Positions 49,311-59,041 of a stretch of 64,000 nt of DNA are shown one piece after another. The notes beneath the pieces are model-generated. The model worked only from the letters and a program-made list of their open reading frames with translations. It had not been told where the DNA came from and made no database searches. The stretch's first letter is position 1; each line of letters starts with the position of its first letter. The DNA lies in the NCBI GenBank assembly GCA_040005235.1, contig JBDTZG010000018.1, positions 1 through 64,000 on the forward strand, read 5' to 3'. The DNA is from Acidobacteriota bacterium (GTDB lineage: Bacteria > Acidobacteriota > Thermoanaerobaculia > Multivoradales > UBA5704). The position numbers were made by a program, and so were the translations under genes.

Positions 49311-49910
49311 AAGCCGCACAGAAATTCGCTGACGCGGCCGAGAAAATCGCTGAGGCCACCCGGCCAAACGGTAAAGTCACCGGGCCAATCCCTGAAGCCG
49401 CAGAGCGAAACGGTGAAGCCGCCGAAAAATTCGCCTAAGCCACTCAGAAAATGGGTGAAGCCACTCAGAAAATCACTGGGGCCACACAGAAAATCACTGA
49501 AGCCACTGAGAAATTCGCTGAAGTCCCCTAGAAAACTCCTGAGGTCACGCAGAGTGGTCAATTTCTCGGTGGCGCGACCGGATGATTGGACCCTTTCGGT
49601 GAATTATCCGGTGGCTTCATCGAATTTCTGTGTGGTTTCAGCCATCCTCCGGGGAAGTTGAACGACGTGTTGTGTAGTTTCGGTGCTCCGTTACGTGGCT
49701 TGGGCAACCGTTTGAGTGGCTTCAGTGATTTTCTGGGTGACTTCAGCGAATTTCTGGGTGGTTTCGCCCGCTGCGACCGTGGTTTTGGGGCAATTTGAGG
49801 TGCTTCGTGGCGCTTTGCGGGGCTTGGTTGCCTAACGCTGCGTGGTTTCGCGGGATTTCCTGCGTGGCTTCGCGGGAAGTCCCGCGTGGCTTGGCCCCTT
49901 CGGTAGCGGG
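49311..49910. repeat. Inverted pair of degenerate 21-bp-period tandem arrays (element 2; TGAAGCCAC/GTGGCTTCA core)
   Basis: AAGCC-like motif every 21 bp from 49311 to 49542 (12 units). GGCTT-like motif every 21 bp from 49613 to 49781, then 20-23 bp spacing to about 49890. Confidence 0.88.
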
Positions 49911-50119
49911 TTTTGGGAGGCTGGCCGGAGTGACGGAGACGGCGCTGGGATTTGTGCGGCGGTTTGTGTAGCGGCCGGACTGCGTCCGTCTTATCTTCCA
50001 AAAGAACCGGGCTCCTGTCGAGCTGAGGATCCCGCGGATAGGGCAATTCTTGCCTGGGGTAGCGTAAACTCTAGGGCACAGTTCGAATCCAACGCGGGAT
50101 TGCGCCCAGCCAACCGGGC

Positions 50120-53100
50120 GTGGAGGTTGCGAGAATGTCGGTTCGGATTGGACCGATGGCTGAATCCGTGCGCCGATGGGGAGGGTGGCCAGTTGTTCTC
50201 GGCCTCGCTCTTGGTGCGGGGGTGGCTTCTCGCCAGCAACTCAGCGTTGCCGAGTTCAAGGGTTCTACAAAGGACCACGAATCTCTGATCGAAGCGTTCG
50301 CGGGGTACAGCCCGTTTGAAGTTCGGCTTTCGGGTTTCTCCGCTTACACTTCCTGCGTCAACCTTGAAAGTGCCCCGACCTCTCGCTGTAGGGCTATCCG
50401 GTTTGATGCCCAGCAAAGAAAGAACCAGCGCCACGCAGTTTTCGAAATCGATCGCTCTGGTTCTCAGGGAAGATCTTCTGACCTTCACGCGTTGGGGATC
50501 GCCAATCTAATCAGAGATCCAAAGTATCTCTTGACCGCAGTAAGCGCTCTTGAGAAAGCACGGGAGACCGCAAAAACTCACCAGGTTGAGATTCTTAATG
50601 ACCTTGGTGCCGCTTACTACGTTCAGGCTCTCGAGACCAAGAGCCCGGCTTCGTTCGTCAGGGCACTTGAAGTCCTAGAGAGAGCTCACCGGCTTTCGCC
50701 CCGCGATTCAGTTGTTCTCTTTAATCGGGGCCTCGCCGAGTGGCGCCTAGATCTCGATTCTGCGGCGATTGCCAGCTTCTCAGCTGCCGAATCGGCTGAG
50801 CAGGGAACAGGTTGGGCTGTCGAATCAGCGTCCCGAATCGTGTCCATCCTGCGCCTAGAAGAACATATAAAGAGAAACTCCCTACCAATTTTGTCGAGCG
50901 AACGGCTTCTCGCCGCTTCGCCTCGGCAGATCGAGTCATGGGCCAAAGAAAGACCCCAGGATGTTCGCCTCGTCATCGAAGGGCAACTTCTGGGGGACTG
51001 GGTATCGGAAGGGAACGATCCGATCCGAGCGAACTTGCTCCTGCAAGCCGGCCTTCGAGCCGCGAAAGAGTTGCAACGCATTCATGGAGACGAATTGCCC
51101 GCCGCGACCCTATCCGTCATCGAACGCGCCACGATAGATAGGGCACCACGGATTCAAGAACTTCGTGCCGGGCATCTGGCATTTGCAAAGGGAATTGAGC
51201 TCCTTGAAGTAGATGAACCGGCCCGTGCAATCGCCGCCTTCTCGATAGCAGAAAGCACTCTGCGGTCCGAAGGCAGCCCGTTCTCGTACTGGGCGGACTT
51301 CCATCAAGGCGTGTGCGAGTACTATATGGGCAAGACCGAGGAGGTGCTACTCCGGTACGCGGCTCTTGAAAAGGAGATTGCGGCTCGCCCATACCCGAAT
51401 CTCAAGGCTCGCATCGACTGGATGCTGGGTCTGACTCTGATGGTCCAGGGGCAATTCCATTCGTCGGAAGCGGCGTACGAGCGAGCAATCGACCGATTCA
51501 AAGAGACTGGCGAAGATGGCAACGCCGCGTATCTCGCTGCTCTAACCGGAAAAGATTTACGTCTGATGGGAGCCGCTGACTCCTCTTGGGTGGCACTTGC
51601 GCACGCTCTTCACAACCGTGATCTCGTGCAGCCAAAGGAGCGGGTCATTACTATCCTTAGGCACGCCGCAGAGAGCAGCGAAGCACTTGGGGCCAACCTT
51701 GCAGCCACGCACTTCTTTGATGAGCAGGTGGCTGTTGCGGGTCAGCTCGGGAAGGCATTCGATCTTTGCGACGCCTTGGTCCGACGTGCTCGAGCTGCTA
51801 CAGCGAGCGCCGTTCCGAACCAGGTAGTCAGGGACCTTCAAACTGCTTTCAGTCTCTTGCCATCGATACCTGCGGCCCTCCAAGCGCGTGCAAGAGCCGA
51901 TATCTCCGCGGTTCGGGGGGAGTCGCTGGTCAAAACCGATCCACGTCAAGCGATGCCGGCTTTGGATTCCGCTCTCCAGTATTACGAGGTTCAGGGGAAC
52001 TGGGTCGAGACCCTGCGAGTCGACCGCCTGCTTGCTGTCGGCGCTCTCGCCGGGAAGGATTTCGATGGTGCTGAGCGATTCCTGGAAGATGGAATCCGCT
52101 TGAGTGAGGATCAGCGAAACTCAATCTCTCGATCGGACCAGCGGGCTGCCTACTTCGCGCAAGCTCAGTCGCTTTTCGAAGCGATGATTGACTTGAAGCT
52201 TCGCCAACGACTGGATCCTGACGGAGCCTTCAGCTTTGCCGAGAGAGGTCGAAACCGTAGTCTTGCAGACTTAATCCTGACCTCCACCAAGGCGGAATCA
52301 CCTGCTCGCCGACTTGCGAGTGGCCGCTTCAAGCGTCTTGACGTAATTAGTGCTCTGCCGGCCAGGACGTCGTTGATTGAGTACGCCGTGCTCACTGATC
52401 GGCTCGTAATCTGGCGCCTTCGTCGAGAGAAGTCATCCGTTGTCGAGGTTTCAGTCTCTCATGATCGATTGGCAGGCAGATTGGCTGGCTTTCGTTCACT
52501 ATTGCTACGTGGAACGTCCCAAAAAGAAATAAAGGCTGAGGCGGTGGAATTAACGGCCTGGCTACTTCCGCCGGAGCTCGGTCCATTTCATGAAAGCGAA
52601 GCGATTGTTTTTATACCTACAGGCCCGCTCCACGAGTTTCCCTTTTCCGCCTTGCTTTCACCAACAAGTAGACGGTTTTTGATCGAAGACTATCCACTAC
52701 AAGTCTCTCCAAGTTCGGCGATTTTCGTTGCTGCGACGGAGAGCCTAGAGAAGCAGCCGAAAACGCCTCCGCGTGTTCTCCTCGTGGTTGATGACCCAGC
52801 CTTTGACCCTTCCCGGCATCCCACTTTGAGACGTCTACCCAATGCCGCTCTAGAGGCGCAGGAGGTCGCAGCATTATATTCAAACGCTTCGCGTCTCAAT
52901 GGGTCCGAAGCTACCATTGAAGCGTTGACTTCGCGCCTTCCTATGGTCGAAGTATTTAGTTTCGCCGGACATAGTGCCGCGCCCGGAGTAGGTGTCGCAG
53001 CGGATGCTGGCCTCCTTCTCGCTCCATCTCCACGCCAAGAGAGAGGAAATGACACACTGACACCGAGTTTCATCTCAACTCTCCACTTACCAAACCTCCG

Positions 53101-53404
53101 ATTGGTCATCCTATCTTCGTGCGAGTCTGCATTGGGATCCTATCCGGCGAGCGAAGAGTCGGCGAGCCTTGCTTCTGCCTTCCTCGCCGCTGGAGCGCCG
53201 GCCGTAGTAGCTAGTTTATGGAATGTCGGAGACATACCTTCCCGTGCTTTCTCCGTAAAATTCCATCGCAGTCTGCGTGATGGACTAAGCCCAGTGCGCG
53301 CACTTCAGTTAACTGCAGGCGCTTTGATTCACAACAGGAATCCAAAATTGGCGAGCCCAAGCTCCTGGGCCGCCTTCGAACTCTGGGGCGGCTTAGCTCC
53401 GTGA
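50120..53404 (+). CDS. Membrane-anchored TPR + CHAT (caspase-like) protease
   Basis: N-terminal hydrophobic segment, TPRs (LNDLGAAY, FNRGLA), CHAT motifs IPTGPLHEFPF, FAGHS, LSSCES, AGAPAVVASLWNV, WAAF. Confidence 0.9.
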   Translation: MEVARMSVRIGPMAESVRRWGGWPVVLGLALGAGVASRQQLSVAEFKGSTKDHESLIEAFAGYSPFEVRLSGFSAYTSCVNLESAPTSRCRAIRFDAQQRKNQRHAVFEIDRSGSQGRSSDLHALGIANLIRDPKYLLTAVSALEKARETAKTHQVEILNDLGAAYYVQALETKSPASFVRALEVLERAHRLSPRDSVVLFNRGLAEWRLDLDSAAIASFSAAESAEQGTGWAVESASRIVSILRLEEHIKRNSLPILSSERLLAASPRQIESWAKERPQDVRLVIEGQLLGDWVSEGNDPIRANLLLQAGLRAAKELQRIHGDELPAATLSVIERATIDRAPRIQELRAGHLAFAKGIELLEVDEPARAIAAFSIAESTLRSEGSPFSYWADFHQGVCEYYMGKTEEVLLRYAALEKEIAARPYPNLKARIDWMLGLTLMVQGQFHSSEAAYERAIDRFKETGEDGNAAYLAALTGKDLRLMGAADSSWVALAHALHNRDLVQPKERVITILRHAAESSEALGANLAATHFFDEQVAVAGQLGKAFDLCDALVRRARAATASAVPNQVVRDLQTAFSLLPSIPAALQARARADISAVRGESLVKTDPRQAMPALDSALQYYEVQGNWVETLRVDRLLAVGALAGKDFDGAERFLEDGIRLSEDQRNSISRSDQRAAYFAQAQSLFEAMIDLKLRQRLDPDGAFSFAERGRNRSLADLILTSTKAESPARRLASGRFKRLDVISALPARTSLIEYAVLTDRLVIWRLRREKSSVVEVSVSHDRLAGRLAGFRSLLLRGTSQKEIKAEAVELTAWLLPPELGPFHESEAIVFIPTGPLHEFPFSALLSPTSRRFLIEDYPLQVSPSSAIFVAATESLEKQPKTPPRVLLVVDDPAFDPSRHPTLRRLPNAALEAQEVAALYSNASRLNGSEATIEALTSRLPMVEVFSFAGHSAAPGVGVAADAGLLLAPSPRQERGNDTLTPSFISTLHLPNLRLVILSSCESALGSYPASEESASLASAFLAAGAPAVVASLWNVGDIPSRAFSVKFHRSLRDGLSPVRALQLTAGALIHNRNPKLASPSSWAAFELWGGLAP

Positions 53405-53417
53405 GACTGAGGACACG

Positions 53418-54386
53418 ATGGCTACCTCATTTACTCTAGTTATTGCCTTCACAGGCCTAGTAGCGTTTGTGCCGGTGCCAGACAGCAATGCCCCCAAATC
53501 AGTGTGGGCACTCCTTGTAAACGCAGAGGATGGAAGTGGAAGTTGCAGCCCCAAAAAATCACATTTGCATCCTCATTTTGCACAGATGCGAATCCCGAGT
53601 AAGAATCTTTGCACTAAGGCCTCCTGTCCCCCTGGATTACCTGAGGTCGTTTCATATGATCTCGAATCCACGGATATTAAGCTAGAATCAACCGGTACGC
53701 CACCGGTGACAGTCTGCTGTACCAAGGGCTCCGAGAAGAAGGTATTCGAGATTTCGGCCGGAAATCTGACGCAGGAAGCGTCAGTGCCAGCATCGCCTTG
53801 TGAAGCCACTGACTTCTCGTGGGTTGCAGACATCAATAAGTTTTCGACCGATTTTGCGAAGGTCTGTGAGTATTGTCTCGACGAAGCATGGTCACTAATA
53901 AAAGTTCCTGCGGATCGTATCTCTGCAAGGATAAAGCTTACCTCCGGTCTGCTCCAAACAACGAGGTTAACTCGAAAGCGGTCCACTCTTGACTACGCCA
54001 TATTTAAGGCAGGGTCGGGGGCGCGCGTCTACGAGAAAACATTGGCTGAAGAACTCGAGCTTACGGTGGTTCTTGAGGATAAGGCGGTCTTCCATCTTTG
54101 CGATTTTTTGCTTAATCCGGAATGTGATCATCAGAAAACAATCACTCTTTATCCAGAGAAGGCGGGAGAAGTTATCAGGGTGGTCTTGTCAAATGATGTG
54201 CCAAGGGGAAGCCCGGCTGATCGTTTGAACAAACATTTCTGGTTCTTTTACAAGTTGGCAGATGCCGTCCCGACTCCTTTCGACAGTGCCTCCGAGTGTC
54301 CGAAATCTGCATTGATTCCGACCCCGGAGAATGGCGATTTTGGCGATCCTCGCTGTCCGATGAGTCAGATGCTTCCATATAAATGA
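53418..54386 (+). CDS. Hypothetical Cys-rich protein downstream of the CHAT protease
   Basis: GAGGA RBS, 322-aa ORF, 13 bp after the CHAT stop. Confidence 0.8.
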   Translation: MATSFTLVIAFTGLVAFVPVPDSNAPKSVWALLVNAEDGSGSCSPKKSHLHPHFAQMRIPSKNLCTKASCPPGLPEVVSYDLESTDIKLESTGTPPVTVCCTKGSEKKVFEISAGNLTQEASVPASPCEATDFSWVADINKFSTDFAKVCEYCLDEAWSLIKVPADRISARIKLTSGLLQTTRLTRKRSTLDYAIFKAGSGARVYEKTLAEELELTVVLEDKAVFHLCDFLLNPECDHQKTITLYPEKAGEVIRVVLSNDVPRGSPADRLNKHFWFFYKLADAVPTPFDSASECPKSALIPTPENGDFGDPRCPMSQMLPYK

Positions 54387-54395
54387 GGAATCAGC

Positions 54396-56225
54396 ATGCG
54401 ACGCAACTCGCGGAAAACCGGTGATACTAAGAGTGGGGCGAGCGAGCTAAATCTACCGATTGCGATCGCGGTTTGTTGCCTAATGTGGTCAGGCACTACG
54501 ACCTTGGCGCAATCGGCAAAGCAGTGTCTGCCGGTTGTGCGGCCACCCAACCAGTTCAGCACCTCTGTGAAATCGGTAGCGGTTGCGGCAGGAGATGATG
54601 GCTGGTCGTGTTGGCTCACTCAAAGTTTTTTGACAGGAAAAGATCAAAATGGAACTTCCTGGCCAAACTTTGCGCCAACCGCATGGCAGAGGATACAGTC
54701 ACAGGCTCCCTATTGGCCGGAATATCACTATGACAAAACAAAAGGGGGTGCTGACTATATTTTCCCTTATGGCTTTGATTCCGGCACGAGGCTACTTTTT
54801 TATGCTGGTCACGGAACGGCGACAGACTGGAGCTCTCACGACAAAACGATTAGGTTGCTGGACGTAAGAGTGGGAGACGAAAAACTTAGATACCTGTGGC
54901 AATGTTCATGTGACGTCATGGCACATGGCATTCCGATCGATCTGGGTGCCGGAGAAGATTACTACCGGCCGCTCTCATTCTTTTATTCGGGAGGCGGCGC
55001 CGATGATCGACGAAAGAGAAATGTCTATGCTCGATGGGAATCCGCGGCGGACCCAGGGTTGCGGTTAGCTTGTGGAGGGTCCAGTGCAATATGTGGTAAT
55101 GCAGGCGCTACTACCAATCGGATATGGGATAATTTTTTGAACAGGAACTTTGACGTCACGGATTCATTCCTTGAGGGCGTTTTTAATTCGCCGTCCGGTG
55201 TTCCCCTTTGTCTTTCGCAAGGAGGAGATAAGATTAATAAGACAGCCATTTACGACCGAGATTTCAGCGGAGACAAGAACGAGGCCGCGTCATTTATGGG
55301 CCAGCGGTACTTATATTTGGCTTACCCTGTGCCATTTAGAAGGCATGGGCCCCTGCCAGTGGTAGGTAGCCACGCTACACCCAAGCTGGGTCTTTACCCA
55401 GTTCTGGCGGTGAATAAGGAGCAGCCGGAGTCAAATAGTAACTGTAAAGACGTTAAGCCTGATGTGCAGTTTTCATGTGAGGGTCAAGAATTAGGCGCGT
55501 GCTTCATAGACTCGAAGAGCGGTGCCGAGTATTATTGTGGTAAATCGGAATTTGGAGAGGCGCTTCCTTACTCTGAGAATCGCAAGAAAGAGCATGAATA
55601 TATTGAGGCGGCGAAGAATTTTGTTTTAGCTCGGGGATGGGTTGTGCAGTTGGCGGACATTGCGGGATTTAGTGTGGTCATCGAGCGCGCAAAGATTGGC
55701 ATGAAGGGTAATGGATTAGAACGATATCGGAAGAATGCCGTGGTCAGATTTAAGCAGAAATTCCGAGTGCCTTTTAGGGAAGGACAAGTTGAGGTGCCGG
55801 TGATTGGGTCTGGAGGGGAAATAGTTGTCCAGCTCAATAACGATGGGAAAGTGCGTAGCGCTACCAGGGTGTGGCGGGCAGTAAGGGATCTTCAAGAGAC
55901 AAAAACCTTGGAACTCCTGGGTCCTGCGCAGGCCTTAGACGGTCTGTTGTCGAAACTCAAGGCGCGGCTGAGTGACATTCTTGGATTATACGATTTTCGA
56001 GAAGACAAGATATCGTTTGTTTGGGGCTACAAGGAAGAATCTGGAAATTGCCGACAGAAGGAGATGCGGATTGTATATCAGTTTACAGTAAAGCCATTCC
56101 CTGGGCTCGGTGAAAAAGGTGTCCATCCGATTGTCCTTGAGGCGCTCGGTCAAACGGGTGAAACGAAAGAGGGCGGCGATCGTTCGCAACTCGACACAAA
56201 TTTTTGCGACGAGGGATTGGACTAG
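54396..56225 (+). CDS. Secreted DUF6345-like protein with putative His-Cys dyad
   Basis: Signal-like N-terminus; LLFYAGHG ... VGD.KLRYLWQCSC. Confidence 0.7.
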   Translation: MRRNSRKTGDTKSGASELNLPIAIAVCCLMWSGTTTLAQSAKQCLPVVRPPNQFSTSVKSVAVAAGDDGWSCWLTQSFLTGKDQNGTSWPNFAPTAWQRIQSQAPYWPEYHYDKTKGGADYIFPYGFDSGTRLLFYAGHGTATDWSSHDKTIRLLDVRVGDEKLRYLWQCSCDVMAHGIPIDLGAGEDYYRPLSFFYSGGGADDRRKRNVYARWESAADPGLRLACGGSSAICGNAGATTNRIWDNFLNRNFDVTDSFLEGVFNSPSGVPLCLSQGGDKINKTAIYDRDFSGDKNEAASFMGQRYLYLAYPVPFRRHGPLPVVGSHATPKLGLYPVLAVNKEQPESNSNCKDVKPDVQFSCEGQELGACFIDSKSGAEYYCGKSEFGEALPYSENRKKEHEYIEAAKNFVLARGWVVQLADIAGFSVVIERAKIGMKGNGLERYRKNAVVRFKQKFRVPFREGQVEVPVIGSGGEIVVQLNNDGKVRSATRVWRAVRDLQETKTLELLGPAQALDGLLSKLKARLSDILGLYDFREDKISFVWGYKEESGNCRQKEMRIVYQFTVKPFPGLGEKGVHPIVLEALGQTGETKEGGDRSQLDTNFCDEGLD

Positions 56226-56474
56226 TTCCATTTGCCGCGGGAGGCATAGTCCGAGCGCATATACTTCCTGATCGGTTCCGCGAGGGTGCTGAGTAGCCAG
56301 TTTGTGAGCGCTCGGCGCGGCGGCTGGTCGCCGGGGCTCTTTGATCAGGCGCTTGCCGGGCATCCTCCTTGGCGAAAGCCGCAGGGCGTCCCTATGCCCC
56401 CCTCCCCCGGGCACGTACTTCTTCGTATAGTCTCGACCACAGACCGGAGAGGGCACAGAGAGGGACTCCTGGGG

Positions 56475-57173
56475 ATGCGCATTCTGGTCGTCGAAGACGA
56501 ACCCGCGCTTTCCTCGGCGCTTGCCGAGTTGTTGCGGCGTGAGTTCTATGCCGTGGACGTGGCGGAGGATGGGGCTACGGCGGAGGAGCTGGCCTCGATC
56601 AATGCCTATGACTTGATCGTCTTGGATTGGACGATTCCGGCTCCGAACGGGATCGAGCTCTTGCGCCGTTGGCGGGGGAAGGGGGATCAGACCCCTGTTT
56701 TGATGCTTACGGCGCGGAGCGGGGTGGACGACCGGGTGGATGGTTTGGACACCGGGGCGGACGATTTTCTGGCGAAGCCGTTCTCGCTTGCGGAGTTTTT
56801 GGCCCGGGTGAGAAGCCTATTGCGGCGGCGGACGCGGACGCTTCAGAGCGAGCTCTCCGCGGCGGATCTGGCGATGGACCGGGCGGCACGGCGGGTGACG
56901 GTCGGTGGTCGGCCGCTCGAATTGTCGCCCAAGGAGTTTGCTCTCCTCGAATTTTTGCTCACCCGGCGGGATCAGGTGGTCTCCCGCACCGAGATCTCCG
57001 AGCACGTTTGGGACGATTCGTTCGATTCGTTCGCCAACGTGGTCGACGTCACGATCCATCGCCTGCGGAAGAAGATCGACGGCGATCGGCCGGATCGCCT
57101 GCTGCAGACGGTCAAGGGGGTCGGCTACGTGCTGCGTGGCGAGCGCAGGATCCCTCCCGAGCCAGAGGGCTGA
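56475..57173 (+). CDS. OmpR-family response regulator
   Basis: LVVEDE, LDW, GADDFLAKPF, VDVTIHRLRKK, TVKGVGY. Confidence 0.95.
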   Translation: MRILVVEDEPALSSALAELLRREFYAVDVAEDGATAEELASINAYDLIVLDWTIPAPNGIELLRRWRGKGDQTPVLMLTARSGVDDRVDGLDTGADDFLAKPFSLAEFLARVRSLLRRRTRTLQSELSAADLAMDRAARRVTVGGRPLELSPKEFALLEFLLTRRDQVVSRTEISEHVWDDSFDSFANVVDVTIHRLRKKIDGDRPDRLLQTVKGVGYVLRGERRIPPEPEG

Positions 57174-59041
57174 TGCCTTTTTCGGAACTTCCGGCGCTTG
57201 TGGCACCGCCTCCTCCTGCCGGACCGAGGCGAGGTTTGCGTCTGCCGATCTTGATTCTGGTGCTCGGCGGCGCGGCGTCGTTTCTTTGGGGTACGACCTA
57301 CAAGGTGTCCGAGCAGCAGCGGCTGCGGGATCGGGCGCTGATCCGCGCCACCCGGGAAATCAGCCTGGCGATGGCCACGTCCCACCTCTGGCTCGAAGAG
57401 GTGCTGACCGGAGACCACATCGATCGACGGCAGATCTGGGGGCGGCTCGACCATGCGCACGATCTCGCGGTCCGCCTGCTCGACGGCGGCCGGATGCCTC
57501 AGGAGGGGATTGCGCTGCCTCCGATCGAGGATCGGGCGCAGCGTCGGCGGGTCGAAAACCTGCTCGCCGACATCGACCGGCTCCGCAACCTGGCGCGCGA
57601 GCGGCTGCACGGTTTGGACACCGGTGTCGCGACCGGAGTGGGAACGGAAATCGATGCCCTGTATGACCTTCTGTTCGAGCATGCGATTAAAGAGGCGGCG
57701 GTGCTCGAACAGGAGCTTGAGGGGCGGATCCTGCGCGACGACGAGCGGACCCGCCGGACCTTTCTCGGTTTCCTCCTGCTCTGGCTGATGATCGTAATCG
57801 TTTCCGCGGCCGGTCTCTGGCGGCGGGAGGTGCGGCGGCTGGCGGCCGAGGAATCGCTGCGCAAGAGCGAGGCCCAGTTGCTCCAGGCGCAGAAGATGGA
57901 GGCGGTCGGTCGGCTCGCGGGCGGCCTCGCCCACGACGTCAACAACTTCGTCACCGCGATCACCAGCCAGTGCGAGCTGGTGCAGCTCGATGCGGAACCG
58001 GGCAGCCCGCTGGCCGTCCGGATGGACCTGGTGATTGTGACCGCACAGAAAATCTCTGGCCTCATCCGGCGGCTTCTGGCCTTCAGCCGGCGCCAGGCGA
58101 TCCAGCCGCAGGTGGTGCGATTGAACACGGTCGTCGCCGGATTGGAGGCGATGATGCGCGGCTTGATCGGCGAGGACATCCAGCTCGAAACCGTGCTCGG
58201 CGCCGAAGTCTGGCCGGTGAAGATCGATCTTTCCCAAGTCGAGCAGGTCATCGTCAATTTGGTCGTCAACGCCCGCGAAGCGATCCCGCGCGGCGGCCGG
58301 ATCATGATCGAAGCGGTGAATTTTTCGATCGATCGCGGCCTGTTCGCGGGGCCGTCGGTGGTGGCGTCGGGCGACTACGTGCTGCTCGCGGTGTCCGACA
58401 CCGGCATCGGGATTCCGCCGGAGCTGAAGGATCAGATTTTCGAGCCGTTCTTCACCACCAAGACCGGCACCGGCAACGGGCTTGGCCTGGCCACGGTATA
58501 CGGCGTCGTCAAACAGTCGGGGGGCCACGTCTCGGTCTACAGCGAAGTCGGCCGCGGCACGACATTCAAGATCTATCTGCCGCGGACGATGGAGGCCGAG
58601 CCGCAGCCCGCAGCCCTGGACGCGCCGAGCCTCGACCGGCGCAAGTCGGGCGGCAGCGAACGGATCCTGCTGGTGGAGGACAACGGCGCGCTCCGCGAGG
58701 CGACCGGCGGCATTCTTGCGGCCTACGGCTATCGGGTCACCGCGGTCGAGAGCGGGGAGGCGGCGCTCGATGCGATCGACCGCGGGGTCGAGCTCGACCT
58801 GGTGGTCTCCGATGTCGTGATGCCCGGGCTCTCGGGCAAAGACGTGCTCGATCGCATTCGCGAGCGACGGCCGGATCTGCCGGTGCTGTTCATGTCCGGC
58901 TATACCGACAACGTGATTTTCCGCCATGGCCTGCTCACGGGCGAGCTGGATTTCCTGGAAAAGCCATTCGCCGCCGCGCGCCTGACCGCCAAAGTGCGCG
59001 AGATCCTCGACCGGCCGCCGAAGGCCAATGGCCTGGCTTAA
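57173..59041 (+). CDS. Hybrid sensor histidine kinase (2 TM, HisKA, HATPase, REC)
   Basis: GLAHDVNN, NLVVNA, DTGIG, FFTTK, GLGL, receiver DVVMP. Confidence 0.92.
   Translation: MPFSELPALVAPPPPAGPRRGLRLPILILVLGGAASFLWGTTYKVSEQQRLRDRALIRATREISLAMATSHLWLEEVLTGDHIDRRQIWGRLDHAHDLAVRLLDGGRMPQEGIALPPIEDRAQRRRVENLLADIDRLRNLARERLHGLDTGVATGVGTEIDALYDLLFEHAIKEAAVLEQELEGRILRDDERTRRTFLGFLLLWLMIVIVSAAGLWRREVRRLAAEESLRKSEAQLLQAQKMEAVGRLAGGLAHDVNNFVTAITSQCELVQLDAEPGSPLAVRMDLVIVTAQKISGLIRRLLAFSRRQAIQPQVVRLNTVVAGLEAMMRGLIGEDIQLETVLGAEVWPVKIDLSQVEQVIVNLVVNAREAIPRGGRIMIEAVNFSIDRGLFAGPSVVASGDYVLLAVSDTGIGIPPELKDQIFEPFFTTKTGTGNGLGLATVYGVVKQSGGHVSVYSEVGRGTTFKIYLPRTMEAEPQPAALDAPSLDRRKSGGSERILLVEDNGALREATGGILAAYGYRVTAVESGEAALDAIDRGVELDLVVSDVVMPGLSGKDVLDRIRERRPDLPVLFMSGYTDNVIFRHGLLTGELDFLEKPFAAARLTAKVREILDRPPKANGLA

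Noticed and set aside
48935-50046. Repeat-peptide ORFs (KPLRKSL or FSDFLxG heptads) across element 2
   Set aside because: They occur on both strands as by-products of a period divisible by 3, two overlap the GH8 gene, and none has a convincing start or RBS. Translation is not formally excluded.
53418-54386. Bacterial gasdermin call for the CHAT-adjacent gene
   Set aside because: No recognisable gasdermin sequence features; only the gene context is similar.
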